From positions 1,184,001-1,248,000 of the forward strand of contig CAVXGK010000001.1 in the NCBI GenBank assembly GCA_963761305.1: a stretch of DNA of 64,000 nt, given 5' to 3'. Under the pieces are notes generated by a model. The model was given only the letters and a program-made list of their open reading frames with translations. It searched no databases and was not told the DNA's origin. Position 1 is the first letter of the stretch. Every line of letters starts with the position of its first letter. This document shows, one piece after another, positions 27,543 to 37,760 of the stretch. The stretch is from an uncultured Gemmatimonadaceae bacterium. GTDB lineage: Bacteria > Gemmatimonadota > Gemmatimonadetes > Gemmatimonadales > Gemmatimonadaceae. Position numbers and translations under genes: made by a program.

Positions 27543-28463
27543 TCAATCGCGTAGCGTCCACATCTGGCCGATCCTGAGATTCCAGTCGGCCGGATCAAAC
27601 GCGAAGGATCCGGCATCGGGCGTGAACGTGAACTCGCTGAAGTAGATCCTTCCATCGACGTTGTATAGATCGACTCGGACGAAGTCGAGGCCCTCGGACA
27701 AACGCGTCGCGAGCGCGACCATCCGGTCCAAGTTCAGCGGCTTCGGCGACTCTCGTTTGGGCGGCCGGCGTGCTTGATGCGTGAATCCGAGCGGATTCCA
27801 GCGCAGGTCGTAGAACAAACCGATGGTGTGGTCCAGGTTGTCCACGTTCAGGATTCGCGGTACGCCGTCGAAGCACCAGAATCGGTATAGCAGGACGTGG
27901 CTTCCGTCGGGACTTGCCAGAAGCTCCTCGATCATCACCTGCGGCGCGATGTGGTAGTACTGCGCCTCGCGGCACGCCCAATACAGGTTGCTCTCGACCC
28001 AGGTGGTTGCCTTTCGAACGATGTCGTCGCGGTCGGCCGTTCCCTCGACTATGATGATGTACCCGGAGCCGTGGTTGGTCTTGACCACGTAGTGGGTCGG
28101 GAGGGTGTCGAACGGAATCTGCTGCGGGTCCTTCCCGTGCCAGAGCAGCGGCACCAGGTACTCGTCACCAATGCGGGCGCTCACGTGCGAGCGCACCGCG
28201 AGCTTGTCTGCAAGAAGTGTGAACCGGGGGTCGACGCGGCGATTCCACCGCACCATTCGGCAGAACACCTTTTCGGAAAAGGTTTGCGGGTTCTTCAGGT
28301 CCAGTCGGTAGCCATGAAGGGCAGCGAATCGTTCGAACAGCCGTTTTTCGCCCTCCGAGCGGCGCAGCAACCGGCGTCCGGCGTTTCGCAGCCTCCTCAG
28401 CCCCGGCCGTTGCAAGAGGCGGCTCTCCCGCAACGACTCCAGGACCCGGTCAAGCATGGTCAT
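27543..28463 (-). CDS. TupA-like ATP-grasp protein (paralog)
   Basis: NPQTFSEK, DKLAVR, VVKTNHGSG, FVRVDLY, FSEFTFTP. Confidence 0.88.
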   Translation of the reverse strand: MTMLDRVLESLRESRLLQRPGLRRLRNAGRRLLRRSEGEKRLFERFAALHGYRLDLKNPQTFSEKVFCRMVRWNRRVDPRFTLLADKLAVRSHVSARIGDEYLVPLLWHGKDPQQIPFDTLPTHYVVKTNHGSGYIIIVEGTADRDDIVRKATTWVESNLYWACREAQYYHIAPQVMIEELLASPDGSHVLLYRFWCFDGVPRILNVDNLDHTIGLFYDLRWNPLGFTHQARRPPKRESPKPLNLDRMVALATRLSEGLDFVRVDLYNVDGRIYFSEFTFTPDAGSFAFDPADWNLRIGQMWTLRD

Positions 28464-28815
28464 CGGTCACCCATCAAGGATTTCCTTTAACGCCCGGCTT
28501 GGCGGTGCGTCGAACGACTGGGTCTGCCGGCTCACCTGCCGGACGCAAAGTCCATTACGATTCAGTGGATCAGACTTTAGCTCTGGCGGTGGGGCGCCGT
28601 AAATCAAGAATTGGTCGGGTGGTGCGACGCCCCGGCGGCCGCAGCCGCTTTTATCTCGGAAAAACGTCTTTTCTGCATGATACCGGTCGGCTCCGTGACC
28701 TACAGGACGAACGTTTTGTTGCAGGGAAACCGGGGCCCGCATCACATCGGCCGGGCCGTCGGAGGCGAACACCGCGACGCGAGCATGAGAATCTCGTGAG
28801 CCCCTCGTAAGCCCA

Positions 28816-29793
28816 ATGAAGCCAACGATTCTGCTCGCGACGCGCAACCGAGGGCCGACCCTCGAAGCCGTGCTAACCGACTACTGCGCGCTCGAGGTTC
28901 CGGCCGGCGGCTGGGAAATCGTCATTGTCGACAACGGCAGCACCGACCGCACCAAGCAGGTCGTTGACGCGTTCAGCAATCGGCTGCCGATCTCGTACTG
29001 TTTCGAGGCGACGCCTGGAAAGAACGCCGCGCTGAACCGGGGGTTGCCGCTCGTGACGGGCGATTTGATCGTCTTCACCGACGACGACATTTTTCCGAAG
29101 CGGGACTGGCTGACGCAGCTCTGCACCGCGGCAGACTCGCACCCGTCGTACACGATCTTTGGCGGGATCATCGCACCGCGCTGGGAAGTGCAGCCGTCGG
29201 AGGCGATTCGGCGAGCGGTGCCGTTGAGCATCTGCTTTGCCATTCATGCGCCCGGAATGCAGGAAGGACCCAGCGATCCCGATCGCGCGTTCGGCGGCAA
29301 CGTCGCGATTCGCGCCGACGCGTTCAGGGCCGGCTACCGCTTCGATCCGACGATGGGGCCGCGCCCGAAATCGTCGCCCATGGGCAGTGAGACGGAGTTG
29401 ATTCGCCGACTCGCACGCGACGGGCAGAAGGTCTGGTGCTGCGAGCAGGCAGTCGTCGAGCACCTGATTCCGCGCGCCCACATGGAGATGTCGTGGATCT
29501 TGAAGCGAGCCGAACGCTGGGGACGCGCGAGCGCCAGGCTCGACGCTTGCGATAATCCCGACTTGGGTCCGATGTGGATGGGAATTCCGCGCTGGGCGTT
29601 TCGCTCGTTCGCGCAAGAAATACGGGATCTGGCGTATGGGATCGCGATCGGCCATGCTGCCAAGGTGCTCAGGGCGCGATGGACGCTGCACGAGCTACGT
29701 GGCGTCGTGTCCGAAGTACGATCGATGGCCAAAACGCAGCCGAGACAGAACGGCTCGAGGCTGGCGCATCGCCCGTCGGATTCGACCGTCTAG
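28816..29793 (+). CDS. Glycosyltransferase family 2
   Basis: IVIVDNGSTD, GKNAALN, FTDDD (DxD), GSETEL. Confidence 0.9.
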   Translation: MKPTILLATRNRGPTLEAVLTDYCALEVPAGGWEIVIVDNGSTDRTKQVVDAFSNRLPISYCFEATPGKNAALNRGLPLVTGDLIVFTDDDIFPKRDWLTQLCTAADSHPSYTIFGGIIAPRWEVQPSEAIRRAVPLSICFAIHAPGMQEGPSDPDRAFGGNVAIRADAFRAGYRFDPTMGPRPKSSPMGSETELIRRLARDGQKVWCCEQAVVEHLIPRAHMEMSWILKRAERWGRASARLDACDNPDLGPMWMGIPRWAFRSFAQEIRDLAYGIAIGHAAKVLRARWTLHELRGVVSEVRSMAKTQPRQNGSRLAHRPSDSTV

Positions 29794-29827
29794 CGTCCGC
29801 CCCGCCCGGGCCGGGAGACGACACAAC

Positions 29828-30004
29828 ATGAGAATTGTCGGAAGCATCGTCGGCGTGCTCGTCGCGCTCGTCGGCTGCGTGTGGGTGCTGCAGGGCATCG
29901 GCGTCCTGCCCGGCAGCTTCATGACGGGACAGACGAAGTGGGCGATCAATGGCGCCATCGCCTTCGTCGTGGGACTCGTCATCCTCTGGATCAGCCGCCG
30001 CTGA
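29828..30004 (+). CDS. Small two-TM membrane protein
   Basis: 58 aa, WVLQGIGVLPGSFMTG...W loop between two helices; GGAG RBS. Confidence 0.75.
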   Translation: MRIVGSIVGVLVALVGCVWVLQGIGVLPGSFMTGQTKWAINGAIAFVVGLVILWISRR

Positions 30005-30038
30005 CCCGACCCGCGCGGACGCGCGCTACCGATCTCAA

Positions 30039-31217
30039 ATGTCAGTGCTCGGGGCGGTGCGAGAGGCGATAGCGCTCGCCTTCTCGATGTTCTGGGTGAT
30101 CCTCTGGCCGCTCATTCTCGGGTTCGGGCTCTCGGGAGTCATCCAGGCGGTCATCCCGAAACAACAGATGGCGCGCGTCCTCGGCGACGACCGCCCCATC
30201 ACGTTACTCAAGGCATGCGGACTCGGCGCCGCATCGAGCTCGTGCTCGTACGCGGCGGTGGCGATCGCGCGATCGATCTTTCGGAAAGGCGCCGATTTCA
30301 CCGCGGCCATGGCGTTCGAGCTCGCGTCGACGAATCTCGTGCTCGAGCTCACCATCATCATGATCGTGTTCCTCGGCTGGCAGTTCGCGGCGGCGGAGTT
30401 CGTCGGCGCACCGCTGATGATCGCCAGCCTTGCGCTGCTCTTTCGGCGGTTCCTGTCGCGGCAGATGATCGACGCGGCGAGAACACAGGCGGACCGCGGC
30501 ATCGCCGGAAAGATGGAGGGCCACAGCGGCATGCACATGGAGGTGACGGAAGGGACGTTCTGGCAGCGGGTCAGCTCGGAACGCGGGCTCACCGCCATCA
30601 GCCACTACTTCGTGATGGACTGGGTGTCGGTATGGAAGGACGTCATCGGCGGACTGCTCATCGCCGGCGCGTTGGCCGCGTGGGTGCCGATGGACTGGTG
30701 GCCGAGGATGTTTCTCACGTCGCATCCGGCGTGGGCGACGTTCTGGGGACCGATCGTGGGCCCGCTGATCGCGATCCTGTCGTTCGTGTGCTCGGTCGGC
30801 AACATCCCGCTCGCGGCGGTGCTGTGGAACGGGGGGATCAGCTTCGGCGGCGTGATCGCGTTCATCTTCGCGGATCTGATCGTCTTGCCGATTCTGGACA
30901 TCTACCGGAAATATTACGGCGGGCGAATGACGTGGTTCCTGCTCGCCACCTTCTATGTCTCGATGGCCGCAGCGGCGCTCGTCGTCGAGCTGCTATTTCA
31001 ATCGCTCGGACTCGTGCCGACACGCGGCTCGGCGCGCGTCGTCGAGTCGACGATCACGTTCAACTACACCACGGTATTGAACGTTCTCTTCCTCGCCCTG
31101 GCCGCGGCGTTGGTGATGCGCTTCGTGCGAACGGGCGGGCCGGCGATGCTGCGCGCGATGAACCAGCCTCCCGCCTCACCGGCCGAGGCATCCGCCGGCG
31201 GCCATCACCACCACTAG
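30039..31217 (+). CDS. Predicted permease (DUF318/ArsP-like), His-rich tail
   Basis: Duplicated motifs SSSCSYAAV and FVCSVGNIPLA; many TM helices; GHSGMHM loop and HHHH C-terminus. Confidence 0.85.
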   Translation: MSVLGAVREAIALAFSMFWVILWPLILGFGLSGVIQAVIPKQQMARVLGDDRPITLLKACGLGAASSSCSYAAVAIARSIFRKGADFTAAMAFELASTNLVLELTIIMIVFLGWQFAAAEFVGAPLMIASLALLFRRFLSRQMIDAARTQADRGIAGKMEGHSGMHMEVTEGTFWQRVSSERGLTAISHYFVMDWVSVWKDVIGGLLIAGALAAWVPMDWWPRMFLTSHPAWATFWGPIVGPLIAILSFVCSVGNIPLAAVLWNGGISFGGVIAFIFADLIVLPILDIYRKYYGGRMTWFLLATFYVSMAAAALVVELLFQSLGLVPTRGSARVVESTITFNYTTVLNVLFLALAAALVMRFVRTGGPAMLRAMNQPPASPAEASAGGHHHH

Positions 31218-31687
31218 CGGGACCGTTTCGGCGTCTTGGCGAGCCCGCGAACGAACGTATCGAATTCGTCGTGCATGATCTTCATCGACGGATTCTCCAT
31301 CATGCGCCGGAACGATTTTTCCTGAGCGATCTCCGCCATGCGGCTATTCCACGACTCGAAGTAGTCGGGCGGCAGCTGGCCGTGCTTGTGTGCGTACCAA
31401 GCGATCTCGAAGAGCGACAGCTGCATGAGATTGAGGAAATAGTCCTGAATCTCGCGCTCGGTCTCGAGGTGTTCGACGTCGTGCTCGTGCACGGAGGCGA
31501 GCGACGGGTGCTGCACGCGGATGTATCGCAGCTGGTACTGCAGCTCGACGAGCTTGGAGAAGTTGGCGACGAGCTGCGCCTTGCGGGCGTGCCGGAATTG
31601 GATCGCGGTAAAGATCAAGCCGCCGGCGATCGCGAACGACGACAACGCCTGCAAGGTGATCTGGATGACCTGAAGCTTGAAGGGCAT
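31214..31687 (-). CDS. Hypothetical protein with N-terminal TM helix
   Basis: 157 aa, protein-like composition, co-oriented with the upstream gene. Confidence 0.7.
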   Translation of the reverse strand: MPFKLQVIQITLQALSSFAIAGGLIFTAIQFRHARKAQLVANFSKLVELQYQLRYIRVQHPSLASVHEHDVEHLETEREIQDYFLNLMQLSLFEIAWYAHKHGQLPPDYFESWNSRMAEIAQEKSFRRMMENPSMKIMHDEFDTFVRGLAKTPKRSR

Positions 31688-31695
31688 CGGCGGCG

Positions 31696-32376
31696 TCAGC
31701 TCGACGACGTTCGTTGGCCGTTCGCGTCCGCCGTTCGGCGGTGTCTATCCACCCACCACGGCCACAACATCAGCGGCCATCCGATCAACGCGGTCCAAGC
31801 GAGCGCCTTCACCGTCGGCGGCGGCGGGCCGAAGCTCGCCGCGTAGAGCGCGAGTAGAAAAACGACGAGGCTCCACAACCCGATTCGTCCGATCCGATCG
31901 ACGGCGTGCGTGGCGCGCGCGTAGATCCACACGCCGCCGAAAAACACCACCAGCTCCACGAGCACCGTCGCGACCGGATTGCGCCACAGCCCGAATCCAA
32001 ACCGCGCGGTGCCGCCGGGAAGGAGCGGAAGATCGGGCACGTGTACTACGAGGTCGAGGAGCCAGTGACTCGGCACGAGCAGGACAACGGTCAAGGCTCC
32101 ACGTAGATATTGCGTCGACGCGAAGTACAGAACCCCGAACGCGACGCCTGCGGCGAGCTCCGTGACCAACCCGTGCGACCACGGATAGCTCACGAAATCG
32201 AGCGTGAGAAACGGATTGTGCTCCTTGGGCGCGATCCGGACCTGTTCGACACCGGCGAGCAGGAAGATCGGCCAGAGCAAATCGGCCAGCTGCGCCGCGA
32301 CGAACGTCGTGCCGAGCGACGTGCGCGGCGCGGCACGTTTCGCGGCGAACGCGAGACCGAAATGGCCGATGAACAT
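31696..32376 (-). CDS. Membrane-bound putative metal-dependent hydrolase
   Basis: MFIGH, ADLLW, YPWSHG, SHWLLDLVVHVPDL His/Asp motifs; GGAG RBS. Confidence 0.8.
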   Translation of the reverse strand: MFIGHFGLAFAAKRAAPRTSLGTTFVAAQLADLLWPIFLLAGVEQVRIAPKEHNPFLTLDFVSYPWSHGLVTELAAGVAFGVLYFASTQYLRGALTVVLLVPSHWLLDLVVHVPDLPLLPGGTARFGFGLWRNPVATVLVELVVFFGGVWIYARATHAVDRIGRIGLWSLVVFLLALYAASFGPPPPTVKALAWTALIGWPLMLWPWWVDRHRRTADANGQRTSSS

Positions 32377-32694
32377 TCAGACTCCGCGTGCGAGGCGAGG
32401 GGATCGCCACCGGATGGAACGGTGGCGACGAGCCGAACGCGGCGTCCGTGATCGAACGGTGACGCGGCGGGGGCACGAGCCCTGAATATCTGGTGACGGG
32501 CCCGCTCGAACAAGTTGACACAACTCGAACGAAACCGACACAACATCTCGCCAACGAACTCGTAGTCTCGGCTATCCAATCGAGCATGCGCGAGGAGGAT
32601 CGCCATGACCAGTTTGTCCGCGAGACTGCGTTTGCAGGGTAGCGCCGGTGGGTCCGGCTCATCCACACACACGCCCGAGTTCGGGCACGTCGCC

Positions 32695-33240
32695 ATGACT
32701 TCATTTGCTGGATTCGTTCGTCGCGCCGTCGTTGGCGGCGCGCTCGCCTGCGCTGTTTTCGCCCCGGCGGTCGCTGCGCAGAGCGCGCAAGTGATCGCGC
32801 CCGACGCGCATCATTTCCTGTCTCCCGGCATGCAGGGATTCGAGATGCGCCGCCAGTTCGGTTTCGGCCACTTCATCACCGACAGCGCTCTGCGGGCCGC
32901 GCCGGGGATGCGTTTGTCCAACCTGCTGGAGCGGCACATCCCAAGTCTCATGTTCGGCACGAACGGGGTTGCGGGCGAGTTCCCGATCTCGACGCGCGTC
33001 TGCGCCGGCGGTCTCTCCTGCGCCGCGCCGCGATGCTACGTGCGCGTGTTCGTCGACGGGATGCTGACGTTCGACGGGACGCCGCGCATGCGCGACATCG
33101 CAGGGGTCGACGTCGCGCATCTCCGACCGCAGGATTTTAGCGGCATCGAGTACTACGCGGGCGCCTCCGGGCTGCCGGCGCAGTACTCCGGGCAGAACAG
33201 CGACTGCGGAACGCTGTTGTTCTGGTCGCGCGAGACCTGA
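32695..33240 (+). CDS. Exported protein with TonB-receptor plug-like domain
   Basis: Signal peptide; GHFIT, VFVDG, GIEYYAG...PAQY...CGTLLFW resemble plug-domain motifs; no beta-barrel follows. Confidence 0.55.
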   Translation: MTSFAGFVRRAVVGGALACAVFAPAVAAQSAQVIAPDAHHFLSPGMQGFEMRRQFGFGHFITDSALRAAPGMRLSNLLERHIPSLMFGTNGVAGEFPISTRVCAGGLSCAAPRCYVRVFVDGMLTFDGTPRMRDIAGVDVAHLRPQDFSGIEYYAGASGLPAQYSGQNSDCGTLLFWSRET

Positions 33241-33360
33241 CTCGGCGCTATCGCCTACCCGGCTCGGCCGTTCACCCTTGCCGCCTTCTTGAAGACGTTA
33301 CATATAGAATGGAGAGCGTATTCTAGAATAGCGGACGTATCTCGAGGGCCGGGGGATCCC

Positions 33361-33963
33361 ATGCCACGTCGTTTCACGTCGCTCAGACGCCGCGTGACCA
33401 CGCTTTCCAGCGTGGCGGCCGTCGCGCTGGCGCTTCCCCTTCGGCTCTCCGCGCAACACGCCGACTCGACTGCTACACAGATCGTCGCGCAGGCCGTGCG
33501 TCAGGCGCAGGCTGAGCACAAGAACGTGCTCGTGAAATTCGGGGCCTCGTGGTGTGGATGGTGTCACCGCTTCGACCGATTCCTCGAGTCTCCCGAGCCC
33601 GCGGGCCGGCTGATGCGGGACAACTTCGTCATCGTCCCGCTCACGGTGCTCGAAGCGCCGGACAAGAAGGCCCTCGAGACGCCGGGCGGAAACGAGCTGG
33701 ACGCCGCCATGGGAGGCAAGAACGCGGGACTACCGTGGTTCTACTTCCTCGATCAACAGGGCGCGAAGATCGGCGATGCGAACATCGTCCCCGCGACGGG
33801 AAACATGGGGTCGAACGTCGGGCATCCCGACACACCTCAGGAAGTCGCGGCGTTCGTCGCGCTGCTGGCGCGTGTCGGGCCGCACATGACCGCCCAGGAT
33901 CGCGAAACGATCGGCAAGTTCCTCACCGGCATGCACGACGGAATCACTCGCGCGACGCCGTAG
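33361..33963 (+). CDS. Exported thioredoxin-family protein
   Basis: FGASWCGWC active site, GLP cis-Pro loop, signal peptide. Confidence 0.88.
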   Translation: MPRRFTSLRRRVTTLSSVAAVALALPLRLSAQHADSTATQIVAQAVRQAQAEHKNVLVKFGASWCGWCHRFDRFLESPEPAGRLMRDNFVIVPLTVLEAPDKKALETPGGNELDAAMGGKNAGLPWFYFLDQQGAKIGDANIVPATGNMGSNVGHPDTPQEVAAFVALLARVGPHMTAQDRETIGKFLTGMHDGITRATP

Positions 33964-34126
33964 GCCCCTGGTTGGCGTGAAGTGGACGTCATGCCGATCG
34001 ACGCCGAGGTGTATGACCCGAACGGCTCGACGTTCCAGACGACGATCGAGCACCGTCTCAATCCACCGACGGGAATCGAGACGCGCATGATCGGCGGAGC
34101 GTTCGACGACGGACGATTCGGGTTAT

Positions 34127-34157
34127 CCGATGCCCGCGCGGGGTCAAGCGGGCATCG
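34127..34157. terminator. Hairpin between convergent genes, possible terminator
   Basis: cgatgcccgc-11 nt-gcgggcatcg followed by attttt on the + strand. Confidence 0.4.
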
Positions 34158-34178
34158 ATTTTTCATCGCGGCCTCGGC

Positions 34179-36629
34179 TCAGCCCCCTCGTAGCGCCTGC
34201 GCCGGATCCGCGCGCACGGCTCGGCGCGAAGGCAACAGACACGCCAGTGTCGCCGTCGTGACGATCACTGCGGCGACGGCGAAGTATGTGGCCGCGTCCG
34301 TGGCCGTGACATGAAACAACAGCTTCGTCACCAAACGACTCGCCTCGAAGGCAATTCCGAACCCGATCACCAATCCGATCACCACCATGGCGAGCCCCTG
34401 TCGCGTGACGAGCGCGAGCACGCGCGCGGCCGTTGCACCGAGCGCAACTCGAAGCGCAATCTCCGGCAAACGTTGGGTGATTCCGTGTGCGATCACTCCC
34501 GCGAGCCCGACGGCGGTCAGTATCAACGCCACCGCGGCGAACGCGCCGAGCAACGCGGTCGTGAGGCGAGGCTCTGCGAGCTGCGCCCCGCGCACTTCCT
34601 CCAAGGTTTGAACGGCCGACACGGGTTGCTGCGGATCCACGTCGTGCACGGCGGCGCCGAGCGCCTTGATGACCGGCGGCATCGGGCCGTTCGTGCGCAA
34701 GAAGACGCGAAAGTCTCCAATTCCTTGAGTCGCGACCGGTACGTACACCTCGTCGGTAACGTCCTGATCGATCCCGCGAACCCGAACATCGCCGACCACG
34801 CCGACGACGGTGAACCAATGTTTACCGCTGTCCGGGCTGATGCGTGTCCCGATCGGATCGCGTGAGCTCCAGTACGTGCTGGCGAGGCGGCGACTCAGAA
34901 TCACCGGCGGCGCCAGCGTGTCGCGATCTGCGCCATTGAACGCGCGACCGCGGAGCAACGGCACGCCAACAGCGCGGAAATAGTCGGGGCTCACGGCCGT
35001 AAAGTCGGCGTGCGGACCGCGCACACCCGGGGCAGTCGACGCGCGTTCGATCTCGAAGCTGACGTCCGACGGGCGGCCGGTCGCCAGCGGGAGTGTGCTG
35101 GCGAGCGCCGCGACGGACACGCCCGGCAACGCCGTGACCCGTTCGAGAACCGCGTCACCAAAGTTCCGCGACTGTTGTGCCTCCCTGTACTTCGTGAAGT
35201 TCAACGTCAGCCGGGCGGTCAACACGTGGCTCACATCAACGCCGGCGTCTACTCGTTCGAGCTCCATGAGGCTCCGACCGATCAACCCCGCTCCGACGAG
35301 CATGACGACCGAGATCGCCACCTGCGCCGCGACGAGTACTCGGCGCATGCGGTGTTCTCCGCCGGCCGCCATCGACCCGGTGCTCCCCTGTCGCAGCGTA
35401 TCGGCGATGGTCCGACGCGGATTAAACAGGAACGGAACAGCGGCGACGACGAGCGCGATCACGACGCAGGTCGCAAGCGCGAACAGGAACACGGTTCCAT
35501 TCATTCGAATCTCATCGGCGCGCGGCGTGAGCCGGGCGGCGGTGGCGCGGAGAAGTCCGACACCACTTGACGCGAGCATCACGCCGGCCAAACCGCCGCC
35601 GGCGGCGAGGAGCAGACTCTCGAGCGCGAGTTGGCGGTAGAGACGCGAGTTTCCCGCGCCCAACGCGACGCGCACGGCGAGCTCGCGCGAGCGGCGTACC
35701 TGTCGCGACAGGCTCAAGTTGATCACGTTCGCCACGGCAGCGAGAAGCAGAAATGCGGCCGTCGCGAGCAGGAGAAGCAGCACGGGCTTGGCGCGAGCCG
35801 TCATCTCCTCGCGCGCGCTTTCGACGGCAAACCGGAACCGTTGCGAGGCCGGATAGGCTGCCGGGTATTCGGCGTGATATCGGCCGGCGAGCGCGACGAG
35901 CTCCGTGCGCGCGCGATCGAGCGACGCTCCGGGGCGAAGCACGGCGTACGCGTCCACCATGTGCATGCCGCGGTCGTTCATCATCATCGGCGCCGAGCGG
36001 AAGGGGCAGGCCCCGGCCGGCATGAAGATCTCGTCTCGCCCGGGATAGCCGGCCATCGGCGGCAGCACGCCGACGACGGTGTGCACCTTGTCGTTCATCG
36101 TGAACTTCGCGCCGATAATCGCCGAATCGCCGTGGAACTGGTCCATCCAGAATTGATGCGTCAGCACCACGACGGGCGGCGCGCCAACAGCTTCCTCTCC
36201 CGGGAGAAACGTGCGGCCAATGACCGCTCTCACTCCGAGCATGTCGAAGAACTTGTCGGAGACGACCCCCGTCTGAACACGCAACGGCTCGCCGTATCCA
36301 TACAATTGAAAGGACATACTATGATACTCGGCGACGCCGCCCATCGTGTGCAGGTCGCGGCCGAGGTCGCGAACCTCGAGCACAGAAAACCCGTCGTTCT
36401 CGGATTGCGCCGACGGCTGGCTCAGATGGACGAAGCGATCCCCGCTGCCGATGGGGAGCGCGTGCAACAGCACGCCGTTCACCATCGAGAAGATCGCCGT
36501 GCTGGCGGCGACTCCGAGGGCGAGGGTCAGCACGGCCGCGACCGTGAATCCAGGCGATTTACGGAGCGCGCGAGCGGCGTAGCGCGTGTCGCGGCGGATG
36601 GCATCGAGGTATGCGCGAACGTCGAACAT
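34179..36629 (-). CDS. ABC transporter permease, duplicated MacB/FtsX (ADOP type)
   Basis: DTRYAARALRKSPGF...LTLALG start, two periplasmic+FtsX repeats, RVALGA twice, DPAQALR end; AGGGGAGG RBS. Confidence 0.92.
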   Translation of the reverse strand: MFDVRAYLDAIRRDTRYAARALRKSPGFTVAAVLTLALGVAASTAIFSMVNGVLLHALPIGSGDRFVHLSQPSAQSENDGFSVLEVRDLGRDLHTMGGVAEYHSMSFQLYGYGEPLRVQTGVVSDKFFDMLGVRAVIGRTFLPGEEAVGAPPVVVLTHQFWMDQFHGDSAIIGAKFTMNDKVHTVVGVLPPMAGYPGRDEIFMPAGACPFRSAPMMMNDRGMHMVDAYAVLRPGASLDRARTELVALAGRYHAEYPAAYPASQRFRFAVESAREEMTARAKPVLLLLLATAAFLLLAAVANVINLSLSRQVRRSRELAVRVALGAGNSRLYRQLALESLLLAAGGGLAGVMLASSGVGLLRATAARLTPRADEIRMNGTVFLFALATCVVIALVVAAVPFLFNPRRTIADTLRQGSTGSMAAGGEHRMRRVLVAAQVAISVVMLVGAGLIGRSLMELERVDAGVDVSHVLTARLTLNFTKYREAQQSRNFGDAVLERVTALPGVSVAALASTLPLATGRPSDVSFEIERASTAPGVRGPHADFTAVSPDYFRAVGVPLLRGRAFNGADRDTLAPPVILSRRLASTYWSSRDPIGTRISPDSGKHWFTVVGVVGDVRVRGIDQDVTDEVYVPVATQGIGDFRVFLRTNGPMPPVIKALGAAVHDVDPQQPVSAVQTLEEVRGAQLAEPRLTTALLGAFAAVALILTAVGLAGVIAHGITQRLPEIALRVALGATAARVLALVTRQGLAMVVIGLVIGFGIAFEASRLVTKLLFHVTATDAATYFAVAAVIVTTATLACLLPSRRAVRADPAQALRGG

Positions 36630-36643
36630 GGTGCCTCCCCTTT

Positions 36644-37636
36644 TTACTGCGCAAACGGTTTGCTGACGAGATCGAATCGGGCTCGATAGTGCTTCGGCGA
36701 GACGCCGAACCGCCGCTCGAACGCGCGGCGAAATGCGTCGTCGCTCGCGTACCCGACGGATCGCGCGACGGCGTCGATGTTCACGCGACGGGCGGCGAGG
36801 CGGCGACAGGCCTCGGTGAGCCGCGTCTCCTCGACGAACGCCGCCGGCGTGACGTCGAAACGATCCTTGAACGCGCGAGCGAAATGCCGCACGCTGAGAC
36901 AGGCGCGGTCGGCGAGCGCCTCGACGGAGAGATCGGAACGCAGGTGCGCCGGAATCCACGCCGCCAGGTCGGCGAACCGGTCTGTGGCCTCGACCTGAAA
37001 GCGAAGCGGCTCGGAATACTGATTCTGTCCGCCGGTCCGCTTGAGGTAAACGACCATCTCGCGCGCGACGGCCAGCGCGGTCTCTGGACCGAGGTCCTCC
37101 TCGACCATCGCGAGGGCGAGGTCGACCCCGGCGGTAATTCCAGCCGAGGTGTAGAAGGGGCCGTCCTTTCTATAGAGGGCGTCGTGATCGACGCGGAGGT
37201 TCGGGAAGGCGCGCTGCACTCTGTCGGCATGCGCCCAGTGGGTCGCCACGTCGCGTCCGTCGAGCAGCCCAGTGGGCGCCAGGCCGTAAATGCCCGTGCA
37301 GACGCTGGCGATGCGGCGAATCTCGGGCGCCCGCGACGCGATCCAGCGCGCCACACGCTCGGCGGCGCCAGGACGCCGCAGGCCGGTGCCACCGGGAACG
37401 ATCAGTGTGTCGAGCTGAATCGTGGTGGGGATGACGTGCGCCGTCGTGAACGTGAGTCCTGAGCTCGCCGTGAAGCGGCGGCCGTGGAGCCCGATGACGA
37501 CGACCTCGTACGGCGGCCCGCCGTTGCGAAGCTCCGGCGCGTCGAGCGCGTCGGATCGAAACACGTCGGCCGGGCCCACGAGGTCGAGCGCCTGAAGGCC
37601 GTCGAAGCCGAGAATCCCGATCCGGCGAGTTGTCAT
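36644..37636 (-). CDS. GlxA-family transcriptional regulator (DJ-1/PfpI + AraC)
   Basis: SVCTG, THW, TSAGITAGVDL, RTGGQNQYS, C-terminal AraC HTH. Confidence 0.92.
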   Translation of the reverse strand: MTTRRIGILGFDGLQALDLVGPADVFRSDALDAPELRNGGPPYEVVVIGLHGRRFTASSGLTFTTAHVIPTTIQLDTLIVPGGTGLRRPGAAERVARWIASRAPEIRRIASVCTGIYGLAPTGLLDGRDVATHWAHADRVQRAFPNLRVDHDALYRKDGPFYTSAGITAGVDLALAMVEEDLGPETALAVAREMVVYLKRTGGQNQYSEPLRFQVEATDRFADLAAWIPAHLRSDLSVEALADRACLSVRHFARAFKDRFDVTPAAFVEETRLTEACRRLAARRVNIDAVARSVGYASDDAFRRAFERRFGVSPKHYRARFDLVSKPFAQ

Positions 37637-37760
37637 TCGTCTTTCCACCGATTTGCTGGTGGATACTACGGTGCGGCCGCGATGTCCTCAATGACCATGT
37701 TCCGACGATTTCGGCCATGGGCCCGGCGCCACCGCCGCTGGACGAAAGCAGCCGCTAAGA

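Noticed and set aside
32380..32690. Possible small gene or RNA in the divergent intergenic gap
   Set aside because: No recognisable motif, repeat or strong structure.
33982..34160. Short + ORF MDVMPIDAEVYDPNGSTF...
   Set aside because: May be a gene remnant, but I could not recognise a family or RBS, and it runs into the convergent gene.
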